This document shows, piece by piece, positions 24,049 through 35,338 of a DNA stretch of 64,000 bases. The notes under the pieces are model-generated. The model had not been told where the DNA came from. It saw nothing but the letters and a program-made list of their open reading frames with translations, and did not search any database. The translations under genes and the position numbers were made by a program. Source of the stretch: Octopus bimaculoides (Eukaryota); NCBI RefSeq assembly GCF_001194135.2, contig NC_068983.1:122068765-122132764 (forward strand), in the 5' to 3' direction. Within the stretch, counting starts at the first letter, position 1. Every line of letters starts with the position of its first letter.

Positions 24049-26333
24049 AGGATGAGCATATTAAAAAGTATCTGTGAGAAAACTCATTTAAATAAAAGGG
24101 TTGGAAACCACTGCTCTAGGCATGAACCACATCTTGTTTACTGTTGTTACATATGTTGGTGAAAGGGAATGCACTGAATAACACAAAACAATTTTAAAAG
24201 CTAGTATAGCTTGAATGAGTCATTGTTGTTTGTAAAATAGGAGTGGTCTTTACCTTATTTTACCATGTATTGGTTACAAGGTAGAGCAGAGGCATGTGAG
24301 ATGGTGTGGGTCCTAGGAAAACCTGCATGTGATGTGATCCCAGTTACATCAGACATCTGTATACTAGCGGACAGCTAGGTCTTTGTTGGTCCAATTGGCC
24401 AGAGCTGACTCTAGTCTTCAGGCCACATCAAGTTCTTTCATCATGTGGAGGACCTCACTGTCGAGAGTGTGACTACAAAGCACTTATTTATCCCTCCATC
24501 TAAATTCGATACTTAAAATTATTTTATTTAATTATTTTCCCCTGATAATTAAAACATCTTATAACTCTGCTTTTGAAGCTCAATGGAATAAAATAGAAAC
24601 CTGATTTGAAAATCTGGTAATGGGGCAGTGGTTGACAATAGGAATACTGCTTCAAAAAACAAAATCTTCATCTAATCCATGCCAGTATAGAAAAATGGAT
24701 ATTCAATAAAAATGAATATTTATGTGAAAGTTAGGCATGTAAAACTGATTTTTTTTTTTCTTTTTTAGGACATTCCAGAAGCACCTGAAAGGAAAATGAC
24801 AGATCAAATAAATGAACCAATCCTTCTGTGTCGATTCCCAGCTGAAATTAAATCTTTTTATATGCAGAAATGTGCAGATGATCGTGCTGTCACTGAATCA
24901 GTAAGTTTTCAAATAATTTTTTAGCCTAGAACTTTTATCTGTTACTCTGCCTGCTTCACAATAGAAGCTTTACAATGTGGCCTTAATGTTAAGTTATTTA
25001 ATGATTTTTTTTTCACATTGTTATAGGTTGATTTGCTGATGCCAAATGTAGGTGAAATTGTTGGTGGCTCTATGAGGATGAATGATGAAAAGGAACTTCT
25101 TGAAGCCTATAAAAGAGAAGGAATTGACCCGACTCCTTACTATTGGTACACTGACCAGGTAATCATTTGTTGTTCAGAAGATCTTATGGTAATTAATTAA
25201 TCTATTGTTTGGGAGCAAACCACAAGATATAGCCAGATATGTTTTAGTCTGCTCTTCCAATGTATTTATTACATTGTTATTATTCAATAGATGTTTGTAT
25301 GGAGAGCAGTTCCACAACAAATGTGTGAAAGAATCATTAAAAAACAAAGTCCCATTTCCCAATGTTATACATAAAAGTCTTCTAAATTAGTTTGGGGTGT
25401 GAACTGAGGAAGCAGTCTACTATTAGATGTATTTTTATGTTTGTCTGAATCAAATGAGAAAGTTAGTCTTAAGTGCAGATGAGACTGATATACATAATTG
25501 TAGTCATTCAGTGGCAATATTCAGTCCAATAGGAAGAGGATAGACATGTGGATGAAAAGTTTAAGAAATGGAGTTATTAACTGGAATCTCAAACATGTAT
25601 ATAGTGATGGAGATAAACTGGTATCAGCCTATTAAAAATAGCTCATTTAATGCTGTCTAAAAGTACAAATATGCAAATTAGACAAGCCACTATGGTGTTA
25701 ACATAATTTATGGCTGTTTTATACTATAGCTAAATGCTCTGTGCTATTGACTGGAGGAAAGAAGTTGAATATGTCTTCTCTGAGGAGCAGTCAACAAACC
25801 ATGAAATAGTTCATCAAAAGACTTGCCTCTTATTTTGGCACATCAGTAGCATAGAAAGAATGTATTTACATTCTTTGTTCATCCACAGAGAGGCTTTATA
25901 AATTTAAATTTGTTCCAGTTCTGATTTACACTACATTGTGCATAAAATAGAAAGATCAATAGTTTAAGCTATGTCAGTTCTAGCATTCACATCTTAAATA
26001 CGGCAGATTATTCTACTTGCTAAATGCTAAGGCTTTCATCTTACAGTTACAATTACATATTTCAAAGACTATCAAGTTATATATGTACACTTGTTCCCAC
26101 AAGACAAAGAATTATATTTTTAAGAATTAGATTTAAAAAAAAAATTCATTTGGTTTGTAGTTGTATTAATAACATGTCTTTGATTTTCATTTCTTTTCCA
26201 GCGTAAATTTGGTAGCTGTGAACATGGTGGCTATGGACTTGGTCTGGAGCGTTTCCTCTGCTGGCTTCTGAATCGATACCATATCCGAGATGTGTGCCTG
26301 TATCCACGTTTCATTGAACGATGCAAACCTTAA
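1034..26333 (+). CDS. NARS1: Asparagine--tRNA ligase, cytoplasmic; 17 coding exons in window, 5' exon missing
   Basis: 17 GT-AG exons join in one frame (1640 nt) ending [10 protein letters not shown]. They contain the anticodon-binding [21 protein letters not shown] segment, motif 2 [14 protein letters not shown] and motif 3 [10 protein letters not shown]. The first exon starts in phase 1, so the ATG lies upstream. Confidence 0.97.
2479..2544 (+). CDS. NARS1: NARS1 exon ([22 protein letters not shown])
   Basis: ttccag|GCT...AAG|gtatgt, phase 0-0. Confidence 0.88.
4090..4295 (+). mobile_element. Degraded RTE-type LINE C-terminus (different family)
   Basis: [16 protein letters not shown]...MGDCNGW resembles the RTE GRPxxTY.D.L...M.DR..W motif. 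Confidence 0.55.
4739..4831 (+). CDS. NARS1: NARS1 exon ([31 protein letters not shown])
   Basis: ttgcag|AAG...GAA|gtaagt, phase 0-0. Confidence 0.92.
5010..5337. mobile_element. hAT MITE
   Basis: TIR CAGTG(G/A)TTCTCAACC; 8-bp flanks acctagat/atctaaat. Confidence 0.8.
5781..6245 (+). mobile_element. SINE family A, full length, with internal (TA)n(TG)n and (GTAAAAGA)-type tail
   Basis: Multi-copy in window; tRNA-like head; contains a 10-N gap with a duplicated flank. Confidence 0.88.
6312..6401 (+). CDS. NARS1: NARS1 exon ([30 protein letters not shown])
   Basis: tttcag|GCT...AAG|gttttg; conserved [16 protein letters not shown]. Confidence 0.93.
7081..7290 (+). repeat. Third dispersed SINE-like family with (CAA)n tail
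   Basis: Similar diverged sequences at ~33620-33800, 34620-34800, 47860-48070 and 60740-60910; judged by eye only. Confidence 0.4.
7715..7793 (+). CDS. NARS1: NARS1 exon ([27 protein letters not shown])
   Basis: ttgtag|ATC...G|gtaagt; OB-fold motif. Confidence 0.95.
8086..8152 (+). mobile_element. RTE LINE extreme 3' tail (young family), abutting an older - strand RTE fragment (7837-8085)
   Basis: cagtcaaatcgtccaacccatgctagcatggaaagcggacgttaaac(aat/gat)n. Confidence 0.8.
10367..10437 (+). CDS. NARS1: NARS1 exon ([23 protein letters not shown])
   Basis: ttacag|GT...ATG|gtaatt. Confidence 0.95.
10611..11747 (-). mobile_element. RTE-clade LINE, 5'-truncated, interrupted by an N gap
   Basis: - strand encodes [12 protein letters not shown]...[16 protein letters not shown] (RT thumb/C-terminus, one frameshift); (GAT)n tail. 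Confidence 0.92.
10859..11434. other. Assembly gap (N); other gaps at 5974-5983, 12479-12565, 23697-24001, 37684-37899 and 52074-52494
   Basis: Runs of N; all lie in young LINE/SINE copies or (TA)n tracts. Confidence 0.99.
13033..13119 (+). CDS. NARS1: NARS1 exon ([29 protein letters not shown])
   Basis: tatcaag|TGC...AGT|gtaagt (AAG acceptor). Confidence 0.92.
13265..13470 (-). mobile_element. SINE family A, 3' half
   Basis: cagtcattagactatggccatgctggagcaccacc is the reverse complement of the family tail. Confidence 0.7.
13978..14064 (+). CDS. NARS1: NARS1 exon ([29 protein letters not shown])
   Basis: ttccag|GCA...GAG|gtaact. Confidence 0.94.
14956..15320 (+). repeat. Possible non-autonomous Helitron/Helentron-like fragment
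   Basis: Starts TCTCTCTATATATATAAATGAGAATGTCTGTGTGTCTG, a 5' pattern typical of such elements; single copy in window, 3' end not found. Confidence 0.3.
15799..15855 (+). CDS. NARS1: NARS1 exon ([19 protein letters not shown])
   Basis: tcacag|GAT...AAT|gtaagt. Confidence 0.95.
16081..16300. mobile_element. piggyBac-like MITE (220 bp); copies at ~10023-10241, 19408-19627 and 49257-49476
   Basis: TTAA|CCCTTTAG...CTAAAGGG|TTAA. Confidence 0.85.
16576..16653 (+). CDS. NARS1: NARS1 exon ([26 protein letters not shown])
   Basis: atttag|GTC...GAG|gtgagt; motif 1 region. Confidence 0.94.
17185..17403. mobile_element. hAT MITE
   Basis: TIR CAG(C/T)GTTTCTC(A/G)ACC; TSD gtctatag/atctatag. Confidence 0.82.
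17527..17937 (+). mobile_element. RTE LINE 3' end (stop codon, modular 3'UTR, (GAT)n tail)
   Basis: Near-identical to the other young copies. Confidence 0.92.
19132..19209 (+). CDS. NARS1: NARS1 exon ([26 protein letters not shown])
   Basis: atctag|ATA...CAG|gtaaga. Confidence 0.95.
19889..20010 (+). CDS. NARS1: NARS1 exon ([41 protein letters not shown])
   Basis: ctctag|GCA...GA|gtatgt; class II motif 2. Confidence 0.96.
21990..22300. repeat. Degenerate ~32-nt minisatellite (atgtttcactaactatacactatcat...)
   Basis: About 9 diverged units immediately upstream of the exon at 22388. Confidence 0.8.
22388..22523 (+). CDS. NARS1: NARS1 exon ([45 protein letters not shown])
   Basis: tgccag|G TAC...CCA|gtaagt. 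Confidence 0.96.
23046..23159 (+). CDS. NARS1: NARS1 exon ([38 protein letters not shown])
   Basis: ttccag|ACT...GAG|gttagt. Confidence 0.96.
23588..24113. mobile_element. hAT (Charlie-like) MITE with internal (TA)n/N gap
   Basis: TIR CAGTGGTT(C/T)CCAAC; perfect 8-bp TSD CTCTAGGC at 23580-23587 and 24114-24121. Confidence 0.9.
24769..24900 (+). CDS. NARS1: NARS1 exon ([44 protein letters not shown])
   Basis: ttttag|GAC...TCA|gtaagt. Confidence 0.96.
25027..25158 (+). CDS. NARS1: NARS1 exon ([44 protein letters not shown])
   Basis: ttatag|GTT...CAG|gtaatc. Confidence 0.96.
26202..26333 (+). CDS. NARS1: NARS1 last coding exon ([43 protein letters not shown])
   Basis: ttccag|CGT...TAA; motif 3; possible ATTAAA polyA signal at 26367. 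Confidence 0.96.
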   Translation, partial: RKFGSCEHGGYGLGLERFLCWLLNRYHIRDVCLYPRFIERCKP

Positions 26334-26557
26334 CTTTGAGCTGTTGACTATAATCTTTTCTACATAATTAAAATGTAATTCTTAATTTGAAATGCAGCGC
26401 TTCATAGAGAACAGGCTCAACTTTCCAAACCTTACCTTTTATGAACTTCATTTTATTTAACCGTAATCATTTCTTTTCTGTTTTTTATTGACCAATCTGA
26501 TAAACGCTTCTCAGAAATTATTGCCTTGCTATTATTATTATTATTGTTGTTATTGTT

Positions 26558-26758
26558 AAGGTGGTGAGCTGGCATGCAGACAAAAATGCTTAGCATTTCG
26601 TCCATCTTGAAAATCCAAGTTCAAATTCTACCAGAGTCAACTTTGCTTTTCATGCTTTTGGGGTTGATAAAATAAGAGCCATCTGAGCACTGGAATCAAT
26701 TTAAATGACTAGCCACCTTTCTCCCAAAATTTCAGGCTTTGTGTCTATAGTAGAAAGA

Positions 26759-26802
<44 letters not shown>

Positions 26803-27300
26803 GGCAGTGAGCTGGCAGAACCATAAACAGCTAAATGCTTTCAGGGTTGATATATTAAGTACTAGTCAAGTCCTGGAGTTGATGTGATTGACTATTTCCC
26901 CACCACCACTACAAACTCCAGGCTTTGTGCTTACTGTAGAAAGGTTACTACTACTACTACTACTACTACTATTGTTAGACCAGTGGAATAGCAGAATTAC
27001 TAGAGTATCAGACAAAATGCATTACAGTATTTTTTTTTGGGGGGGGGGCTCTTTAAATTGTCATTTCAAATTCTACCATGGTCAACTTTGCCTTATGTCT
27101 TTTGTGAGTTGATAAAATAAAGCACCAGTCAAGTACTGGAGGTGATTTAATTGGCTAAACCCCTTCTCCAAATTTCTGGCCTTTGCCTATGTTAGAAACA
27201 ATTACTATTATGATTGAATTTAATCCCACCCAAGTTGATAAAATATGTACTAGGTTAATATAATTGACTTTTCTCTCCCCAGAAATGTGTAATCTTGTGC
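26558..27300 (+). mobile_element. Head-to-tail cluster of SINE family B copies separated by (ATT)n/(CTA)n
   Basis: Three recognisable copies (26558, 26801, ~26980) plus a fragment (~27230). Confidence 0.75.
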
Positions 27301-28907
27301 TTAAGATAAAAATCAAACACTTGCCATTCTTTTCAACAAACAAGAACTTAATTTACAATAATTAGAAACAGTTAATTAGCAATAATGTTCACATTTTAGC
27401 ACTGATGGAGATTTGATAGCTAATTAATGCACTGACAGATGTGTATGAGTGTATATGTATGATTTTAAACATGTGCATGTTGAGTTAAATGTTGCTATAT
27501 TAGTCTGACATGCATGCAGTTATGGCAGTTTACTGCTTGGGCAGGATGTAATCAGTGAATTCCATTTCACTTAAAGAGCAAAATATGGCATGGTGAAAGG
27601 TTAAGCATCAGAAATTTCCCAGCCTAACTCTTAGATGTTTTAGGACAGCATTGCATTTGAATAAACATTGTTTCTTGGGTGCAAGTCTCCCAAGCCTACT
27701 AATTAAATGACACAAAAGACTGCATATAAGATATACTTCAAAAATATGAATCGATTTAATAAATTTTGTGGTCATTCTTAATAAAAATTTTGATCTTAGA
27801 ATAGTAGGTAAAAAGAAAATGTTGGAAAAAAACATTGTTATTTCTTAGTTGATAAAGGCAGTAAGCTGGCAGAATTGTTAGCATGCTGGACTAAATGCTT
27901 CGTAGCATTTCTGGTTTTACATTCTGAGTTCAATAAAGTGATAAATGGGGTTGATGTTATCAACTAGCCCTCTCCCCCAGAATTTCAGGTCTTGTACATA
28001 TTGTAGAAAGAATTATTTCTTAGCTCATAATAATAATGATAATTACATATTTTACCAGAAATGTATTAAGAAAACAATTAATTTAAATATAAATGATAAA
28101 AGAACTAATTAATCATTTTAAAAATAAAAAGGTAGTTACCTTGACTATTTTTGGCTGTCATTGTATATTTGCCTTTTTCATACCCAGTCGTTTCTGACAT
28201 GTAAATTGAAATACTAATTATGACTATATCACACACCAAAATCACCTTAGTAATGAAATGTAATGCATACATCCTTGTCTAATGTTTGCTTATTATTCTA
28301 GGTTTTCTTCTTCCGTTAGCTATGTGGTCCATCATTTCTTTCATCTCACTTTCTCTCACCCTTTCTCTCTTCTCCATTGGGTAAGTGATGGAAATATTGT
28401 AACAAAGAAATGTAAAAACGATTTTGAATGAATAAAGAATAATTTCTGATCTAAAGTTACTATTGTTTTCTGACTAAAAATAAAAACACAACAAATGTAG
28501 ACCTAACTGCACACTTTCTCACAATATTTGTAATAAGGTCTCAGGTAGACAAACACAAAGGTAGGCAGTGATTGATGGGTATGTGAAGAAAGTACAAAGT
28601 AAAAGAGAAAAAGAAAATTTCAAAAATTTTTTCAAGGATGCAGTTAATGATCAGTCATGTGCAAAAAAAGAAAGCTATCCAATTTATTTATTGATTTAAA
28701 CTAGTTGAAAAGAAGATTGAAAAAAATGTTATTTATATAAACTTAACATGAGTTACTGTACTTGTGTATTAGTTATATTGTGTGTGTTTATAAATATAGT
28801 TAGCATTAAGCAAAAAGTGGGTGTATAGACAATGTAACTTAAGATTCTAATCAAAAACATTTCACTTTATAGTTTCCTCAGTTCTGTACCAATATATATA
28901 TGTTCAA

Positions 28908-29122
28908 TAAGGTGGTGAGTTGGCAAAATTGTTAACATGCCGGGTGAAATGCTTAGCAACATTTAGTCCGTCTTCATGTTATGAATTCAAATTCTGCAGA
29001 GGTTGACTTTGCCTTTCATCCTTTCAGGATTGATAAAATGAGTACCAGTTGAGTACTGGGGTCAATGTAATCAACTTACCCTCTCCCCTGAACTTGCTGG
29101 ACTTGTGTCAAGATTTGAAACC
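28908..29122 (+). mobile_element. SINE family B with long target-site duplication
   Basis: GGTGGTGAGTTGGCAAAA head and actttgcctttcatcc...gataaaatgagtaccag core; flanked by accaatatata(ta)tgttcaa at 28888-28907 and 29120-29137. Other copies near 1240, 27855, 34040, 42600, 52975, 55410(-) and 60040. Confidence 0.85.
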
Positions 29123-30509
29123 AATATATATGTTCAACAGTAACATCTTCAAGTAAAAGAGTATTTATGAAATAAAAAGGTCTGCTTACTACAAATTGAT
29201 ATATAATGCACTCTCTGCTACCTATTAAGAAAAAACTTACCTTGCTGCATTGGAAAAAATACTTCTGCTAAAAGCATAGCTAGTCACCATAACATTGCAG
29301 AAAGAACTGATATTTTAAGCACACAAAACCCTTATATAACATTAAATGACCACAAACCAAGCATTTCATATCGTATGACCACTGGATTGTTCAACCCATT
29401 GAAAATTGATGTTGGAAGTGTAATTAAATCTATAAATGATTCATTTTCTACCATTAAACACCAATCTCCATTACAATTCTTGAACAATTCTTTTTCTGTA
29501 ATTGAATAGTTCATAGCCAACCAAAATGAAAATGAATGTCACATCTTCAGTTTGATAACTACAATGATATTCTTCCATCCAACCACAAGAAAATACTCAG
29601 CATTGTAATTATGTGAAATTGATAACAACATTGAAACAACTGGACATGAAAACAATCTTACAAAAAAACATGTATTCTTTAATTACACCCCAAGGATAAA
29701 ATTGGTAAAATGAGAATACACAACCTTTTGACATTAGTTTGGGTGCTAAGAATGCCACTGATGTTAGCAACTTTATAATTATTAATTCAAGTTCCGACAT
29801 ATATCTTTAAGTTTTTATAAAGATGATGGTCTCATTATACTTAGAAACTATGATAAACAAAAACACACTCCAAAGAGATTTTATAGCTTTTTTAAGAATT
29901 AAGTTTCAAAATCACTTACTACCAATACAGAAAATCAACTCAAAAAATACAATGCATTAAAAAATTCTCTAACCACCCAAAGAAAATTATTAGTCTCATC
30001 CATCAGAATCTCAACTATCTTTAAAGAAATGCACATAGTAATGATGAAACTCAAAGAAGTAATGACAAGAGACTTCAACTACCACAATAACAACAAAACC
30101 CCAACCTTGACCTAGTAACAGGAAAAGCAACATGATCTGATCCTATATAATTAAAATATTCTTCAACCTTTTGTATAAACATTTCTCTCCTAACTGCAAC
30201 AACTATACACTCTGAAATAAAAAAAATAAAAAAACATTAAAAAATCTCTTATTTTACAATCCATAACTTCTTGGAAATAGCTCACATCCAGCCATGTAAA
30301 ACAAAACCAAGAACCAGACAGCCTCACTCTAAGTAACTGTAATTCATACATGAAGTTGCTTGGAGGTAGGAGGTGGATGCGAACGGCTGCATTTCATTTT
30401 TCATTTTACCTAATTCATCTTTTCCATTCATTTGGTTTTTTTTTTTTTTGTCCCCACTTTGTGCTGTCTCCTCTATGTGCGACCTTCATGGTCAATTTCA
30501 TGAAATAAA

Positions 30510-30850
30510 GAAGCTTACTTCCCAACCACATGGTTCTGGGTTCAGTCATACTGTGTGGCACCTTAGGCAAGTGTTTTCTATTATAGCCTCAGGCTGACCC
30601 AAGCCTTGTGAGTGGATTTGATAGGCGGAAACTGAAAGAAGCCCGTTATATATTTGTGTGTGTGCCCCCCCCCCCAACCGGTGTTGGTGTGTTAACATCC
30701 CCGTAATTTAGCAGCTTGGCAAAAGAGACCGATAGAATAAGTACTAAGCTTACAAAGAATAATTCCTGGGGTTGATTTATTCGACTAAAACCCCTTAAGG
30801 TGGTGCTTCAGCATGGCTGCAGTCAAATGACTGAAACAAATAAAAGAATA
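30510..30850 (+). mobile_element. SINE family A
   Basis: Colinear with the 5781 copy. Confidence 0.85.
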
Positions 30851-31950
30851 TACATAGAGAGAGAAAACTGAAAATATTCAAACGATGAACATTCATGTAT
30901 AAATATATAGATATTTATAGATTAACAGAGCAGACTTACACAGAGAACAAAGACACAAAAAATTGAAGGGAGAAGGTATGGTATTACAGGCCCAACAGTT
31001 ATTTCGGGGGACTGGGAATTATGTCATAATATTGGCAGATACATCTGCCAACATTCGCAAAAAGTTAATGATATGCAACCAGTAGTGAAAGCATATAAAC
31101 ATTAGGTAAATCCGGTCTCCATCTTCAAGGTGGAGAAATACGTATCTATGCAGGTATTCCTACACATCTGTGTACACATTTACACGTGTACATAGATGAA
31201 TTCTGACCGAATATTTTATCTCACAAAAAAATAAAAAAGTAACACATCCACTTTTATGCATGATTTGTATTGATCTTTAAACGTACACTATATGTATACT
31301 TAAAAATATATGAAGAGAAATACATGAGGAATAATAAGAATTCATTAATATCGTAATAGCTTACATGCTACAAATGATGTTAACTGATGTATGGTAAGTG
31401 ATGGTACAGTGGAAGATACAAGAGGGATCCGAATTTTTGCCTAGCAGACAGTGCTTGATTAACCAGTAAGCAAGTGCTTGAGGTATCAAAGAAAGTGGGG
31501 CACCATAGAAAAGGTAAATGGTTTATGGCACAAAAGAAATCCCTTTAAACTGATGAAGTGGTGCTTCTACCCGTATACCTTGGGAGGCTTGCTTCCAGGG
31601 TTATTGTAGAAGACATACCCCCCAGAAGTGGATGTAGCCTGGCTGGTAGCTGCCATACTACTAGGCATGGAGAAGGTGGTGGTCCTCCAGGCCACCAGGC
31701 AAGAGCATTCAGGATGCTTTATCTCTACTATGTATAGAAGCATGCAAATAAAAAAAAGTATAAAACTTTTCAGATATAAATAGAGGAAGTATACAAAAAT
31801 AAACATTATTTTTCATCTTACATGTTAGTTTTGTTTCATTTTGAGAAGTGAAAATTTATTTTACGGTTTATTATTATTATTATTTATATTTTGAGTTACA
31901 TATATATGGGGGCACCTAAATCTTTTAAATACTTAGGACCTCTATAGATC

Positions 31951-32520
31951 TTAACCCAGCCCTGCTAGCAGATTATCATCAGTATCTGTCGCAGAGGTGA
32001 AGAACTTATCCAGAGTTACTTGACATTTACGGTGCACCATCTCTTTATACAGTTCAGTGTGGGAACTGAGCTGAATATTAATTCTTCTTGTAATTTTTAT
32101 GTTGCATTTACTATTGGAATCGTTATCAATGAAAACTTGTAGACCTTTCTCTATACGTGTCAAATCTTTTGCCATATTCTTTTCGATCAATTGATATGGT
32201 GCAGATTCTACATCCCCTTCTTGCCCTGCATCAGTACCTTATTAGTCGAACTTACCCAAGCAACTCAACCACATCATCTACTTTTCAAACCCTATATCAT
32301 TTATCAGTGTTACAATATCTTGTTCAACTTGATGTAAGCTCTTTTGCAGGTGGTAAGCCTGCAAAAGCACGAAAGCCATCTGGCCATGTTTTGCCAAATA
32401 GCATTCATAGCCAAGAACTTCATTTCATCACATGATTTCTCTACATTCATAATGTCGAACTTTTTTCAGAAGCCTCAAACTATAGGTTTATCCCCTCCGT
32501 CAAGTAATTTTATGATGTGA
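31951..32520 (-). mobile_element. Tigger/pogo transposase C-terminal remnant
   Basis: F..KKFDIM...MNAIWQN, IVTLINDIGFE.VDDVVELL and D.NSKCNIKI...CQVTLDKFF, with stops. Confidence 0.75.
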
Positions 32521-32569
32521 CAGAAATAATTCTTCTGAAATCAAACTCTACCGTGTCAAAAAAAGAATA

Positions 32570-33160
32570 ACATTAATTAATGTTATCCTAGACACATAAC
32601 GTCTGGAACAATACGCGATAGTCACGAGTGGAGCGTCTTTGATCTATTGGGTAATGGTTAATCTGGAGATAAACAACAAAAAAATGAACAATACCAGATT
32701 CAGTTCGAATCATAGCGGTATCGAATTTGCCTTTCATTTTCTCTGCCTAAAAACTCTGTCAAAAACTTTAGAATTCTCTTCTCCTTATGACAAATCTATT
32801 CTATTTCTTGAACTTTGCTTTTTACTTTCCTCTTGGTCGAATAAAATAACTTCCAACCATACTGAGTTTAATTCTACCGTCCACAGCCCACCAATACCAG
32901 ATTGTCGGAATTTACCGATCGTTACCGGATAATGCCGGAACACTCGTACACGAACATACGACAATATTTGCAGGCACCCACATCTTCCAATAATTTAATT
33001 TTCCTTATTGATGTTAGGATTGTCTTCCGAACAGTTTTATGGATAAACAACCTACTTGATTGATAAAAGCAATGATATACACTCTATGATTTCGAGGTGA
33101 ACTTTATTCATATTCATTATTATTACTGAAATGTTAGTCATTCACAAAAATCATCAAAAT
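32570..33160. promoter_or_regulatory. CpG-enriched putative (bidirectional) promoter with candidate RNF212 5'UTR exon ending at 33160
   Basis: Local CpG clustering (32580-32640, 32900-32990) in CpG-poor DNA; + strand donor AAT|gtaagt at 33161; - strand donor at 32694. Confidence 0.5.
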
Positions 33161-35338
33161 GTAAGTTTTGCGATATTTGAAGACAATTTTGTAAAAAAAT
33201 CTTATTCGTAAATGAAGAAATTAATTGTATATCATAAACCTTCCCTAGTTTCAGTCAATTTTCATCCTTGATCTTTTCCCTTCATTTACTTAAAGACCAA
33301 CGTTATTTTATCCTTTGCAACCGACCAATTTGTTTTGAAATGGAGTCCCACTTGATTGTTCCTTATGGGTCGTCTCCACAAAAGAATTCAATGAACAGAC
33401 GAAGACTTTGACATTTTGTGAAAGCTACCTACTTATTCTATTCTTGTGGGTTGTATTTTTCACAACCTTCATGTTTGATATTCCACTTTAACCACAATCA
33501 AACATTGTGTGTATAAGATTGTTGATATTCCAAGATGTATGTTAATACTTACTGCTATCACAAATACCGTAATATATATTTGATCAGTCAGTTTACCATC
33601 CTTCCTTCCTACTCTGTTTACCTAATGCGATTGTTCGATCTGCTTGGAATAGAAACCAGATCTTTCTCAAATCACCCTACTGCATTCGGAAAGGAAGCAA
33701 TATTGGATAATGTAGTGCTAAATACACTGAGCTTACAAAAAGACTGGTTGTGGCTTGAATATGTTGGATCAGAGCTGATCTGGAGTTGAACAGCTCCAAA
33801 AAGAAATGCTTAAACCGTGGTAACAAACTAAAAAGCTAAGTAACTAATAAAATATGAATTTCAGAGAACAGTTTTCTCTTTAGAATTGTGACCATTAATG
33901 TATGTCTTTTATGAATGTCACAGCTTTGCTTTTATGCCAATAATAATAATAATTAATTCTGGTTTTATTGGCCACAAGGGCTAATATAAATTAAACACAT
34001 GTAAGTCGATAACTTCTGGAATATTAATTGTTGTTGTATGGCAACGAACTGACAGAATCGTCTGTCTTCACATTCTGATTTCAGATTACGACGAGGTCAA
34101 CTTTGCCTTTCATTTTTCGGAGTCGATAAAATAAGTACCAGTAGAGTACTGGGGATTAATGTAATTGACTTACTCCCACCTCCGAAATTGCTGGTCTTGT
34201 GCCCAAAATTTTGAAACTAATATTAATTACTGTTGTGAAAAAAACCACTCATTTGGTTTACTAAATATGCTACGTCTTCATCTTTTATACTAAATACCGA
34301 TGCCATGTCAACATCAAAGCGCACTTGGTATTGAATGTCTTTTGCATTCATTACTTCGTTCCGTCATAACAGCTAAATGTAAAACAATAATATACGTGCT
34401 GATGGGGAAGCTTCTATGTAGTCTTCTTCCATTGTAATTACATTAACGTCTTGGATACATTATAAGAATATTAACCGACTGGTATTTTATATCAAATCCC
34501 CAAAAGGTTGTATTCAAAGTTGATCTTCGAGGATTACAACGTGGACATCAAGGGCCATAACTAAATGTTACAAGGCGTTAAGTCTGACGTGATAATTACT
34601 GTTAAGATTTGTTCAGAAATAGCAGACAGCTTTTCAGATTATACTTTACGCGCCATTAGAAAAGGAAGGATACATTTAATAATATAGTCCAAGATACAAT
34701 AAATAGATAAAAAAAAAAAAAAAGACGGATTATTAGGGGCTTGAGTGTCTTCTTCAGTCACAGGGTTGTTTGATCAGAGCTGTACTTCGATAACTTAGAG
34801 ACAATCATTTAAGTTTATTGTCCAGCACTTTCCCCACTAAATTTCCCATTTTCTACCTTAAGACTTATTTTGATCAAACCATATAGAATGAAATGTTACA
34901 TATGTGAATTCCTTTTTTTTTTTTTTAAATAAATAGATTATCACAAACTCTTATGGATTTGACTATAAATTTTTATGAATTCAATGTCAACTAAAGTTTG
35001 TTTTATATTATAGAATGTGCTGCCTTCATATTCTAGCATTAAAATAAACGTTTTTCCTTACCCTAGAAGGTCCTAACTTCAATCCAAGAAAATCCCAGAG
35101 AACAATTAACAGATATGATTGCCAGAAATGCACCGCTAAACCCAGTATCCAGTGATGTAATAGTGTTAATAATAATAGATTGATAGATACATTTGTATAC
35201 ATTAGTTCTCTGCATATAAGTCGTGTAGATTGAACTCCTTTAAGTGTTTGCATAAAAAAAATACAAGTGCACAAATCTTAATAGCTAAAGGTTAATTCCT
35301 GTGTTAATGGAGCCAAAACACACACACATGTACATATA

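Noticed and set aside
33131-33160. MLVIHKNHQN as the true first coding exon of the second gene
   Set aside because: The RING-encoding exon with its own family-typical start (MVDWLHC) lies at 36640, so this is at most a uORF.
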